From an uncultured Aliarcobacter sp. (lineage in GTDB: Bacteria > Campylobacterota > Campylobacteria > Campylobacterales > Arcobacteraceae): a stretch of 64,000 nucleotides of DNA. The notes below the pieces were generated by a model. The model saw only the letters and a list, made by a program, of their open reading frames with translations. It made no database searches and had not been told where the DNA came from. The stretch is from the NCBI GenBank assembly GCA_963664305.2, contig CAXXLV010000001.1, forward strand, positions 448,001-512,000, in the 5' to 3' direction. How positions within the stretch are numbered: position 1 is the first letter of the stretch; each line of letters starts with the position of its first letter. The translations under genes were made by a program, and so were the position numbers. Positions 21,451 to 30,441 of the stretch are shown in pieces.

Positions 21451-22377
21451 TTAAAATCCCCCATAAATAATCAAAGCAATTGGTATGTATAGAACAGAGA
21501 TTAAAGTACTTAAAAGTACAGTAAAAGAAGCTTTTTCAGGTCTTGCTTTTAAAAGTACAGCTAAAGTTACTGTATTTCCTGCAAGTGGAACAACTGAAAA
21601 TAAAAACAATACTTTATAAATTTCTTCATTTAAAAAACCAATGAAATTTCTATCTATCATAATTATCGCTAAAATTACTCCTGGCCAAAAAATAAATTTA
21701 TAAAAATATGCAACTTTTAGATATTTTTTATCTAAGTCTTCTTTTAAATTAAAGCCTTTCATTCCCATACCAAGCATCATCATACCAAGAATTCCATATG
21801 CCCATTTCAAATTTTCAAAAGAAGGAATCAAAAATTCAGGTGTTCTAAAACCTGCAATATTTAATGAAACACCAGCAATAAATGCATAAAGAAGTGGAAG
21901 TTTAATCACTTTCATAATTGATTGACGAGCAGTAAAAGTTCCTTTTGCTGTTACATAAAAACCTGTTGTATTTTCATAAAGTAAAGATGCTAAAGTTGCA
22001 AAGATAAAAATATTTGCTGATTCTGGACTCAATAATATCATAGCAAGTGGAATACCAAAATATCCTGTATTTCCTGTACCACAAGTAAAAGCTAAAGTAT
22101 TAATACTTGCATCATTCCAATCTTTTTTATATCTTCTTAAAATATAAAAAGCTATTGATGAACCAAAGAAAAAAACAAATAAAGGTAAAAATACTAATTG
22201 TAAGTTTATATTAATAGACAAAGTAGCAAAAAAAATTACAATTGGTCCTAAAATATAGATAAGAAGTAAAGCTATTAAATCTCTCTTAACTTTAAAATAA
22301 CGTGATAAAATATAACCTATTGCTATATTCAAATATAATGGAGAGATTTTTCCAAGTAAAATAAAAAATAAATTCAT
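21451..22377 (-). CDS. AEC (auxin efflux carrier)-family transporter
   Basis: About 10 TM helices, GNTGYFGIPL and PLAGN motifs. Confidence 0.85.
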   Translation of the reverse strand: MNLFFILLGKISPLYLNIAIGYILSRYFKVKRDLIALLLIYILGPIVIFFATLSININLQLVFLPLFVFFFGSSIAFYILRRYKKDWNDASINTLAFTCGTGNTGYFGIPLAMILLSPESANIFIFATLASLLYENTTGFYVTAKGTFTARQSIMKVIKLPLLYAFIAGVSLNIAGFRTPEFLIPSFENLKWAYGILGMMMLGMGMKGFNLKEDLDKKYLKVAYFYKFIFWPGVILAIIMIDRNFIGFLNEEIYKVLFLFSVVPLAGNTVTLAVLLKARPEKASFTVLLSTLISVLYIPIALIIYGGF

Positions 22378-22419
22378 AAAAGCTTCTTAAAATAATTTAG
22401 ACTAATTGTAACTAATTAT

Positions 22420-22520
22420 GATAAAAATAAGGTAAACATATAATTTTTGAACACAGGAAGCAGAAAGGATACAAATGAATGTTTATACGTTTACCTTTAT
22501 AAATGAATTTTAATTAAATC
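22420..22520 (-). ncRNA. Candidate small RNA: long hairpin with a C/U-rich anti-SD loop
   Basis: 15-bp stem 22429-22443/22483-22497, loop CAUUUGUAUCCUUUCUGCUUCCUG on the minus strand, U-rich tail, -10-like hexamers at 22518-22534; boundaries approximate. Confidence 0.4.
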
Positions 22521-22542
22521 ATATGATAATTGTATGATTTTA

Positions 22543-23832
22543 TTACAGAGATAAATATTTTGACAATAAAAATAGACAAAATGTACAAATAAAATACATT
22601 TTAATTGCGTATGTTATATTTAACCTAAAAATCTCTTTTGCACTACAATTGTATCTTGATATTATTGTAAGATTTAATCCTGAAAAAGGTGATGTTGAAA
22701 CAGTTGTTGACCATGCCATTAAAAATGTTACTGCTAAAAGTGTGTGATTAACTCCACTTAAAAAATCACCAATAATTGCTATTGTAATAATTGGATGAAT
22801 TCCAATAAAAGCTAAAATAACAAATATCAAAAGTAAAAGGGAAGCTATTTGCCAATCAAATATTTCAAAAGGCAAAGATAAATTTAATCCAATCAAAATA
22901 GAACTAATAGAAATACCAAACATTCCAGCAACTAAAAATAGAGATATTTCAGATTTCATTTTTGGCAACTCATCTAATATATGAAATTTTAAAATTTTTA
23001 AAGATTCAAATATAGATTTTTTTATTGGTAAAATAAGTATAGTCATTAATATTGAAAATGATGAAATTAAAACGATTACTTTTATTTCTGGATAAATATG
23101 ATTTGTTATTAAAACTAATAAAGCAAGTAATATTGGTAAAAATAGTGAATCTAAAGATAAAGGATATCCATAAAATTCATCTATATTAAAATCCTTATTT
23201 TTTGTAACTTCAAAATATGTAATACCAAAAGTTATAATGGCTAATACAATCCCATTTATTACAATTATTGGTGTATTTAATTTTGGTGCGTAAGTTATTG
23301 CTGCTGCAAATGCAACAAAAAATGGAGACCAATAAGCATCACTTGCAAATGCTCTTGTTAAAAGAATAATTTGTGCATTTGTTAAAGAAGCTTTTTTATA
23401 CATTTTATCTGCAACTAAGATAAGAGAAGAAATATTTATAACTGAACCAAAAAGATGTACCCCTAAATATGTTTTTATAAACGATTGTTTTCCCTTTGGT
23501 AAATTTGTATTTTTATTTTTTCTTGGTGTTGCAATTAATCTTAAAAAGCCTACTCCAATTAAAAGAGTTAATAAATATTGATTTACTGTAAATACCTTTA
23601 TAAAATTTATTTGATAATTATTCAAATAACAAATAAAAAATGCCAATATACTAAGACTTAATAATATAATTATTATTTTTTTATTTTTTAAACCAGAAAA
23701 AAGAATAAAAAAAGCAATCCAAGCAAATATTCCAGAAATTATCAATAAATTTGATTGATAAAAATATGAATACAATGTTGTCATAAATGAAAGGAAAATC
23801 AGAATTCCAGAAATCTTATTTAAAATTAACAT
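22543..23832 (-). CDS. Polytopic membrane protein, ion-transporter-superfamily-like permease
   Basis: More than 10 TM helices, WSPFFVA and GIHPII motifs; start at 23832 avoids overlap with the DMT gene. Confidence 0.65.
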   Translation of the reverse strand: MLILNKISGILIFLSFMTTLYSYFYQSNLLIISGIFAWIAFFILFSGLKNKKIIIILLSLSILAFFICYLNNYQINFIKVFTVNQYLLTLLIGVGFLRLIATPRKNKNTNLPKGKQSFIKTYLGVHLFGSVINISSLILVADKMYKKASLTNAQIILLTRAFASDAYWSPFFVAFAAAITYAPKLNTPIIVINGIVLAIITFGITYFEVTKNKDFNIDEFYGYPLSLDSLFLPILLALLVLITNHIYPEIKVIVLISSFSILMTILILPIKKSIFESLKILKFHILDELPKMKSEISLFLVAGMFGISISSILIGLNLSLPFEIFDWQIASLLLLIFVILAFIGIHPIITIAIIGDFLSGVNHTLLAVTFLMAWSTTVSTSPFSGLNLTIISRYNCSAKEIFRLNITYAIKMYFICTFCLFLLSKYLSL

Positions 23833-23833
23833 T

Positions 23834-24721
23834 CTAGTTTTTATCTCTTTTAAAAAATATAGAAAGATAAATCCCAAACCCAATCAAAATAATTCCTACA
23901 ATATGATATGTTTGTAATACTTCTCCTAAAAAGAAATATGCCAAAATAGAACCAAAAATTGGCATAAGATGTGTGAATTGTCCTGCTTTATTTGCACCAA
24001 TTTCAAGAATTGCCCTATTCCAAAAATAAAAAGATAAAATTGAAGGAAAAAATACTATATATATCAATGAATATAAAACTTCTTTTTTTTCAAGAAAACT
24101 AAATTCAAAACTGTAACCTTGGAATACAAAAACTATAAATAAAACGATTGTCCCTATTAGTGTAATTATCGCAAAAAATTCTAATGGCTCTAACTCTTTT
24201 GGTTTATATTTTAAAAGAACTGTATATAAAGCCCAAACTATACATGCTCCTATTATCCATAAATCTCCAACAGTAAATTCTAGTTCATATATGTGACTTA
24301 TTTCACCTTTTAAAATTAAATAAATAACTCCTAATGTTGAAAACACAACTCCTATAAATTGTATTTTTGTAATAGTTGTTTTAAAAATTATTGCAGATAA
24401 AATAATAATAAATATTGGAATACTTGAGTTTATTAACAATGCATTTGTTGCTGTTGTAGTTTGTAAACCATAATATAAAAAAGTGTTAAAACCTGAAATT
24501 CCTAAAATTCCTAATATCAAAAGTGAAATATATTTTTTTTGAAAAATGTTAAATATATTTTTATAATGAATCACGATATAAGGAAATAAAATCAAAAGTA
24601 CAAAAAACCATCTAAAAAAAGATAACTGCATTGGTTCTATACTTGTAGATACCAAACGACCAAAAATAAAATTACCAGACCAAAACAGTACAGTTAAAAC
24701 TAAAAACACATAATACTTCAT
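23834..24721 (-). CDS. DMT/EamA-family transporter
   Basis: Two EamA repeats, WSGNF and FLGE motifs. Confidence 0.9.
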   Translation of the reverse strand: MKYYVFLVLTVLFWSGNFIFGRLVSTSIEPMQLSFFRWFFVLLILFPYIVIHYKNIFNIFQKKYISLLILGILGISGFNTFLYYGLQTTTATNALLINSSIPIFIIILSAIIFKTTITKIQFIGVVFSTLGVIYLILKGEISHIYELEFTVGDLWIIGACIVWALYTVLLKYKPKELEPLEFFAIITLIGTIVLFIVFVFQGYSFEFSFLEKKEVLYSLIYIVFFPSILSFYFWNRAILEIGANKAGQFTHLMPIFGSILAYFFLGEVLQTYHIVGIILIGFGIYLSIFFKRDKN

Positions 24722-24794
24722 AATAAACTTTCAAATCAATTTTAAAAATTTATTATATTCAAATTGAGTATAATCCAAATAAAAAAGGACTATT

Positions 24795-25346
24795 TTGATT
24801 AGACTTGGTTCAAATTCACCTACTCGTGCATTAATTTTAAAAAATTATGGAATAGATTTCATCCAAAATGGTGGAGATTTTGATGAAGATTCTATAATAA
24901 CTACTAATCCCAAATCATTTTGCTATGAAGCAACTCTTGGAAAATTTCAAGAACTTTATAAAAAATATGGAATAGAAGATATGCCTTTACTTGTTGCTGA
25001 TTCTGTTGTAACTTGCGAAGGAAAATTATTGAGAAAAGCAAAAGATTATGATGATGCAAAATCTATGCTTGAACTTCAAAGTGGTAATAAAACATCAGTG
25101 ATAACTTGTATGATTTATAAATCAAAAGATAAAGAATTAATAGATATTTCAATCACAACTTATAACTTTGATAAATTTGATGAAAAACATATGAAAGAGT
25201 ATTTAGATTCAGGTGAATGTTTTGGTAAAGCAGGTGCAATTATGGTAGAAGGTTTTTGTAAACCATATATAAAAAACGTAGTTGGATATGAAAGTACAGC
25301 TATGGGATTATGTGTTGATAAATTAATTAATTATCTTCCACATTAA
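24795..25346 (+). CDS. maf: Maf-family nucleotide pyrophosphatase
   Basis: LGSNSPTR, ADSVV and GKAGA motifs; TTG start. Confidence 0.92.
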   Translation: MIRLGSNSPTRALILKNYGIDFIQNGGDFDEDSIITTNPKSFCYEATLGKFQELYKKYGIEDMPLLVADSVVTCEGKLLRKAKDYDDAKSMLELQSGNKTSVITCMIYKSKDKELIDISITTYNFDKFDEKHMKEYLDSGECFGKAGAIMVEGFCKPYIKNVVGYESTAMGLCVDKLINYLPH

Positions 25347-25431
25347 AAAATTATTTTTTCTAATAAATCAAGAAAAAACAACGTTTATTATAACTATAAA
25401 TAATATCATTAAAGTATCATTTTTATTTTTT

Positions 25432-25454
25432 TGTAAGTTTTAAACTGTCATAAT
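25432..25454 (+). promoter_or_regulatory. Putative promoter of the flp/tad operon
   Basis: TGTAAG-N11-CATAAT with an extended TG; same geometry as several other promoters in this window. Confidence 0.45.
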
Positions 25455-25518
25455 GTTTATGAAATAGTGAATAGTTAATATCTTTTATTAACTGTTTAAC
25501 TCACATAAGAAGCATGGA

Positions 25519-25707
25519 ATGCTGAATTTTTTAAAAAGAAGATTAAAAAACCAAAAAGGTGCAATGGATAAAATCCTTGTTACGTTATTATTAGTTATCG
25601 TAGGTGTTGGTGCCGTTATTGGATTAGCTCAATGGGCAACTGACCAAAAAGACTTAGTGCAAAATTCTGCAAATACTTCTATTAGCAACGTTGTAAACGG
25701 TCAATAA
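25519..25707 (+). CDS. flp: Flp-like major pilin (type IVc), non-canonical
   Basis: Basic leader MLNFLKRRLKNQKG, hydrophobic helix, 62 aa, first gene of the tad cluster; lacks the E+5/Y+6 Flp motif. Confidence 0.75.
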   Translation: MLNFLKRRLKNQKGAMDKILVTLLLVIVGVGAVIGLAQWATDQKDLVQNSANTSISNVVNGQ

Positions 25708-25738
25708 ATAAGGAAGTAGCTTTTGCTACTTCTTTATT
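25707..25738 (+). terminator. Hairpin or partial terminator between flp and the prepilin peptidase gene
   Basis: 14-bp stem AATAAGGAAGTAGC-tttt-GCTACTTCTTTATT with one G-U pair. Confidence 0.75.
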
Positions 25739-25751
25739 AATTTAGATTATT

Positions 25752-26189
25752 ATGTTTACAATAAGTTTTTATATATTTTCTATTATTCTCTCTTATACTG
25801 ACTATAAAAAATTTTTAGTTCCAAATAATTTATTACTTAGTATGTCAATAATGTTGATAATATTTGGTTTCTTTGAATCAAAAATATATATAAGCTCTAT
25901 TGTTTTATCGTTTTTAGTTTTAATTTTTTTCATAATTTTAATTTTATTAAAACCAACTATGATTCTTGGTGGTGGTGATATTAAATATATGATTATAATC
26001 GCATTTTATTTAGGAATAGAACCATTTGCCCTATTTCTTGTTATAACAGGAATTTTGCAAACTTTAACACTTTTATATATTCAAAATATAAAAAAAAGAA
26101 GAATTGCACCAATGGTTCCTATAATGTTTTTATCCGTAATAATTGTTGAAATTTTAATTTCACTTAATATTTATCCATTTAAGATTTAA
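25752..26189 (+). CDS. tadV: A24 prepilin peptidase, TadV/CpaA type (no methylase domain)
   Basis: Two catalytic Asp motifs, YTDYKKFLVPN and GGGDIK; 145 aa, hydrophobic. Confidence 0.85.
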   Translation: MFTISFYIFSIILSYTDYKKFLVPNNLLLSMSIMLIIFGFFESKIYISSIVLSFLVLIFFIILILLKPTMILGGGDIKYMIIIAFYLGIEPFALFLVITGILQTLTLLYIQNIKKRRIAPMVPIMFLSVIIVEILISLNIYPFKI

Positions 26190-26198
26190 GGTTCTATC

Positions 26199-27242
26199 AT
26201 GAAAAAAGCACTAATTGATCAAGTAATGTTAGGTCTATTTTTATTTGTAGTATTAATTATTATTGGTGCAACTGTTAGTGATAATATGCAAGCAAGAGAT
26301 AAATACTATAATCTTAAAAAAATAACAGATAATGCCGTTTTAACCCTAGCAAAATATTATGTAAATGTTGAAGAGAATACTCTAAATGCACAAGATGTTT
26401 ATTATCAAATGTTAACAAAAACAAAACTTGGAAATGAAGTAAAAGATACTATTATCTATAATTGGGATTTTATTAGTGAACCAAATACAGTAACAGCTGA
26501 AATACCAAGCTACATTGAAAACACATTTTGGTTTAGATTATTTGGACTTAACGCATTTAATTTAAAAGCTTCTTCAAAAGCTACAATTACTATTACCGAT
26601 TTACCAACTGCAACTTCAAGTTATTCAAGTGGAATAGCACCATTTGCAGTAAATTATAGAGATTTTGTAATTGGTGATAGTTTAGATATCACATATGCTT
26701 TGACTGCTGATTGGCAATATAGTGACAAAGAGACTTTCTACCCAATATTGACCAATTGTGATTGTGACTGTGATTTTATTTTAAGTAATAAATTTGACTT
26801 CTCATCTTTAGGATTTGATGTGGATGCTTGTAATTCTTCTAGTTCAGCATGCACAAGTCATGGAGAGAGTGAATTTACACAATATTCTAATGCTTTAGAT
26901 GATATTTACAATTCTAACCAAAGTATTGATTTTGATAATGGTGTAACTTCATCTCCAATTTGTTTAATTGGAACATATTTAGGTAATACAACATCCACAT
27001 GGGGAACACAAATCAACGGATTATCTAGTGGAATTTATGATATCATTGGTAACACGGGTCAAAATTTACCTTTGGAAATGGATATAATTACTTTAGGTGA
27101 TAATGGAAAAGCAAATGGAATAGTAAGACTGAAGATTACAAGTTATGATTTTGTAACAGTTAGTAATCCAGATAACAGATATTTAACTCTGAATACAACT
27201 ATTGTTCCAGCAAAAACAAGAGAAATACATTTAGTAGATTAG
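26199..27242 (+). CDS. TadG-like pseudopilin or tip adhesin
   Basis: MKKA leader, hydrophobic helix, D..Q.R...L..ITDNAVLTLA Tad-domain pattern, Cys-rich acidic C-terminal domain. Confidence 0.7.
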   Translation: MKKALIDQVMLGLFLFVVLIIIGATVSDNMQARDKYYNLKKITDNAVLTLAKYYVNVEENTLNAQDVYYQMLTKTKLGNEVKDTIIYNWDFISEPNTVTAEIPSYIENTFWFRLFGLNAFNLKASSKATITITDLPTATSSYSSGIAPFAVNYRDFVIGDSLDITYALTADWQYSDKETFYPILTNCDCDCDFILSNKFDFSSLGFDVDACNSSSSACTSHGESEFTQYSNALDDIYNSNQSIDFDNGVTSSPICLIGTYLGNTTSTWGTQINGLSSGIYDIIGNTGQNLPLEMDIITLGDNGKANGIVRLKITSYDFVTVSNPDNRYLTLNTTIVPAKTREIHLVD

Positions 27243-27250
27243 GATAAATT

Positions 27251-28843
27251 ATGAATATTCAAGAGTATCAAGAAAAAATAGAACATTCTCAAGAAAATAA
27301 ATTCTTTCAAGAAAGTATTCATGAAATGATTGAACTTTTCTGTGATTTGAGTAATCAACCTTATGTTGCATATTATAAATATGAATATGAATATAATGAC
27401 TATTTCCACCAAATTACTGTTAATAGTAATGGTGAAGAATTAAATGATGAAATAAATCATTTTGATAATTATAAATTACTACTAAAAGATAGTAAGAGAG
27501 TTTATGGTTACTTGTTAATAAAAAACAAAATTAAATACTCTTCTTTATTAAGAAAATTGCTTAAAAAAATTATAAAAAAATTAGCAAGAGAACATGAAAT
27601 AAATAAAAAATTATCACAAGGAGAAATTCCTTTTAATATCTATCTAATTCATGATGATTTAGAAACATTTGCAAATAATTTAAAAACTGGTTTGGAAAGT
27701 TTATTTAATGCAAATATTATTTATGATTCATCAATTGAAAAACATTATGAACATATTCAAACTAAAGAATCAAAAAATATCATAATTTTTTTAATAAATG
27801 ACCTAGAGTTTATAGAAAAATTTGCTGATAAACTAAAATATTTAAATGAATTAATCATAGTTATTGGACCAAATGACCATCATATTTCTATGAGTTGTGG
27901 AAAATTAGGTATCGAAGACTATATTTCAATAAATGATTTTAAAGCTGAAAATTTAAAATCAATTATTGTAAATAAAAGAAAAATCTTACTTAATAAAAAT
28001 AAATTTGGTAATAGAATTATTGCTTTAGCTGGAATTGCAGGAGGAATTGGAACAACATCAATTGCAATGAATATGTCTGATTTAATTGCTAAAAATGTTC
28101 CTGATAAAAATATTTTATATATAGATTTATCAACTACAAAAGCAATAAGTAATCTATTTTTATCAGGTGACCCTCTACCAAATAAGACAATAATTGATTT
28201 AATAAATAGTAGTGAATTTAATTTAGACAATAATCTTGAACACGGTCTTGTAAAAGTTAGAGAAAATTTTTATAGTATTACTGGAATTCAAAAACATATT
28301 GATAAAGAGTTTATTGAAAAAGATATTTTTATTCAAAAACTATTAGAGTATATTTCATCTTGCAGTGATTATTTTAACTTTGTAATTATTGATTTAGGAA
28401 TAGCAGATGCATCAAATCTAAAATCTACAATTTATGATATTGTAAATGAATTATGGATTATAACTTCAATGAATTTACCACATACTTCTCAATTAAAAAC
28501 TTTTTATTCATTGATGAAAAGAGCTGGATTAAGGGATAAAATTTCTTTTTTAGCAAATAGATTTGACTCTGAAAATACAATAAGTGTAACAGATGTTATA
28601 TCAATTTTAAATATGAGTAATGATGAAAAAGATCAATTCGAAAGATTTAAAATACCAAATGATTATAAAAGTTTAGGAAGATGTTGGAATCTTTGTGAAC
28701 TAGCATCTCAAAAAGATGTTAATTCTTTATTCATAAAAAAATTAAACTCTATTTTAGAAGAAAAAAATTTTTATAAATCAAAAATTAAAGTAACAACACA
28801 AAGTGGTTTTTTTTCAAATCTTTTTAAGAGGGATAAAAGATGA
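27251..28843 (+). CDS. TadZ/CpaE-like pilus localisation protein (pseudo-receiver plus MinD-like ATPase, long N-terminal extension)
   Basis: RIIALAGIAGGIGTTSIAMN, YIDL and FNFVIIDLG motifs; directly upstream of tadA. Confidence 0.75.
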   Translation: MNIQEYQEKIEHSQENKFFQESIHEMIELFCDLSNQPYVAYYKYEYEYNDYFHQITVNSNGEELNDEINHFDNYKLLLKDSKRVYGYLLIKNKIKYSSLLRKLLKKIIKKLAREHEINKKLSQGEIPFNIYLIHDDLETFANNLKTGLESLFNANIIYDSSIEKHYEHIQTKESKNIIIFLINDLEFIEKFADKLKYLNELIIVIGPNDHHISMSCGKLGIEDYISINDFKAENLKSIIVNKRKILLNKNKFGNRIIALAGIAGGIGTTSIAMNMSDLIAKNVPDKNILYIDLSTTKAISNLFLSGDPLPNKTIIDLINSSEFNLDNNLEHGLVKVRENFYSITGIQKHIDKEFIEKDIFIQKLLEYISSCSDYFNFVIIDLGIADASNLKSTIYDIVNELWIITSMNLPHTSQLKTFYSLMKRAGLRDKISFLANRFDSENTISVTDVISILNMSNDEKDQFERFKIPNDYKSLGRCWNLCELASQKDVNSLFIKKLNSILEEKNFYKSKIKVTTQSGFFSNLFKRDKR

Positions 28844-30441
28844 GAAGTTTAAGAAATCTTATTGAAGAACAAGAAGAGCAAGAATATACTAAAAAGAAGG
28901 ATTTAGTAGAATTTGAAGAATTAGATAATATTGAAGAAACAAAAAATAAAATTGAAAAATATAAACAATATCAATCAAATTCTGAATTAAAATTTCCCGA
29001 AATTTATATAAATAAAGAACTATACGATTTAGCATTAAAGATAAATGATAGTTTTTTATTAAAACTTAAATCAGACCAAAAAATTACAAAAGAAAATTTA
29101 GAAGAAGTATTACCAGAATATATTTTATCTTTTAAAGAATCAAGAGCTTTAAAAAGAGAAATATTAGATGATATTAAAACTATGATTATAAACAACATTA
29201 TTGGTTTTGGTCATATTTCAACTATTTTTACAATTGCAAGAGATGGCTTAAATGATGTTATTGTAAATACAAAAGACTATATTGATATTATTTATAAAGG
29301 TAAAACTTATCAAACTCCATTTACATTTAGAAGTGAAGAAGAGTTAAGAAAAATTATCGATAAAATGCTTGCTGAAAATAATAGAAAAATCGATGAAGCT
29401 CATCCAATTATGTCAAGTAAATTAAAAGATGGTTCAAGAATTGAAGTTCAAATTCCTCCAATTGCAGCAAATGAAGGAAGTTGTATTACTATTAGAAAAT
29501 TTAACGATATTCCTTTACTAATGGAAATGCTTATTGATGGTGGGCAAATGGATTATAAAATGGCCTATTTCCTAGTAAAAGCTGCAAAAGGAAAATGTAA
29601 TATCATTGTTTCAGGAGGAACATCAAGTGGTAAGACAACTTTCTTAAATGCAATGACAAGATTCGTTGACGAAAATGAACAACTTATGGTTATTGAAGAT
29701 ACAAGAGAGATGCAACCACAAATGCCTTGTCACTCTATTAGACAATATGAAGCAAGAATGGCAAATGAAGAAGGAAAAGGTGCAATTACACTTGATTTCT
29801 TGTTACGTTCGGCTCTACGGTCAAGTCCAAGAAGGATTATTGTTGGGGAGTGTAGAGGACCTGAAATTGTTGTTATGTTAAATGCGATGAATACTGGACA
29901 TCCTGGTTCAATGACAACTGTTCATGCTGATAATACAAAAGAAGCTCTAGTTAGGATTGAGAATATGTATCTTGAAGCCAGACCTAGTGCAAATATCAAT
30001 TTTATTAGAACTCAAATTGCAAGTGCTGTTGATTTAATTATTCAGCTTGTTAGGTTTCCTGATGGTAGTAGAAAACTAATCACTGTTTCAGAGATTGAAA
30101 GAAGAATTGAAGATAACGGTGTAATCTCACTAAATCATATCTTTGAATTTAAAAGAGATACAAGTGATTTGAAAAAAACAAAAGGTGAATTTAAAGTTTT
30201 ATCTACTCCAACAAGAACAGCCGACCAAATGAATATGTTTGGAGTTGATATAGATAAAAGAGTATTTGATCCAAATTTTGAAATGCCAAAATCAATGTTA
30301 ATTGAAGCACTTGAAGATGATTTACCTTCTGTTATGTGTGGATGGAAAGATGAATTTATTGAACACTTTATCAAATCAGACCCTCAGCTTTTCCATAAAT
30401 GGCCACATTTCCAAAAAATAAGAAAGGCAAATAATGGATAA
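28840..30441 (+). CDS. tadA: TadA/CpaF pilus assembly ATPase
   Basis: Walker A GGTSSGKTT, IEDTRE, ALRSSPRRIIVGECRG and NTGHPGSMTTVHA motifs. Confidence 0.95.
   Translation: MRSLRNLIEEQEEQEYTKKKDLVEFEELDNIEETKNKIEKYKQYQSNSELKFPEIYINKELYDLALKINDSFLLKLKSDQKITKENLEEVLPEYILSFKESRALKREILDDIKTMIINNIIGFGHISTIFTIARDGLNDVIVNTKDYIDIIYKGKTYQTPFTFRSEEELRKIIDKMLAENNRKIDEAHPIMSSKLKDGSRIEVQIPPIAANEGSCITIRKFNDIPLLMEMLIDGGQMDYKMAYFLVKAAKGKCNIIVSGGTSSGKTTFLNAMTRFVDENEQLMVIEDTREMQPQMPCHSIRQYEARMANEEGKGAITLDFLLRSALRSSPRRIIVGECRGPEIVVMLNAMNTGHPGSMTTVHADNTKEALVRIENMYLEARPSANINFIRTQIASAVDLIIQLVRFPDGSRKLITVSEIERRIEDNGVISLNHIFEFKRDTSDLKKTKGEFKVLSTPTRTADQMNMFGVDIDKRVFDPNFEMPKSMLIEALEDDLPSVMCGWKDEFIEHFIKSDPQLFHKWPHFQKIRKANNG

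Noticed and set aside
22451..22470. CAGGAAGCAG resembling the SRP RNA (ffs) core
   Set aside because: Lacks the CAGG-stem-GNRA-stem-AGCAG domain IV geometry
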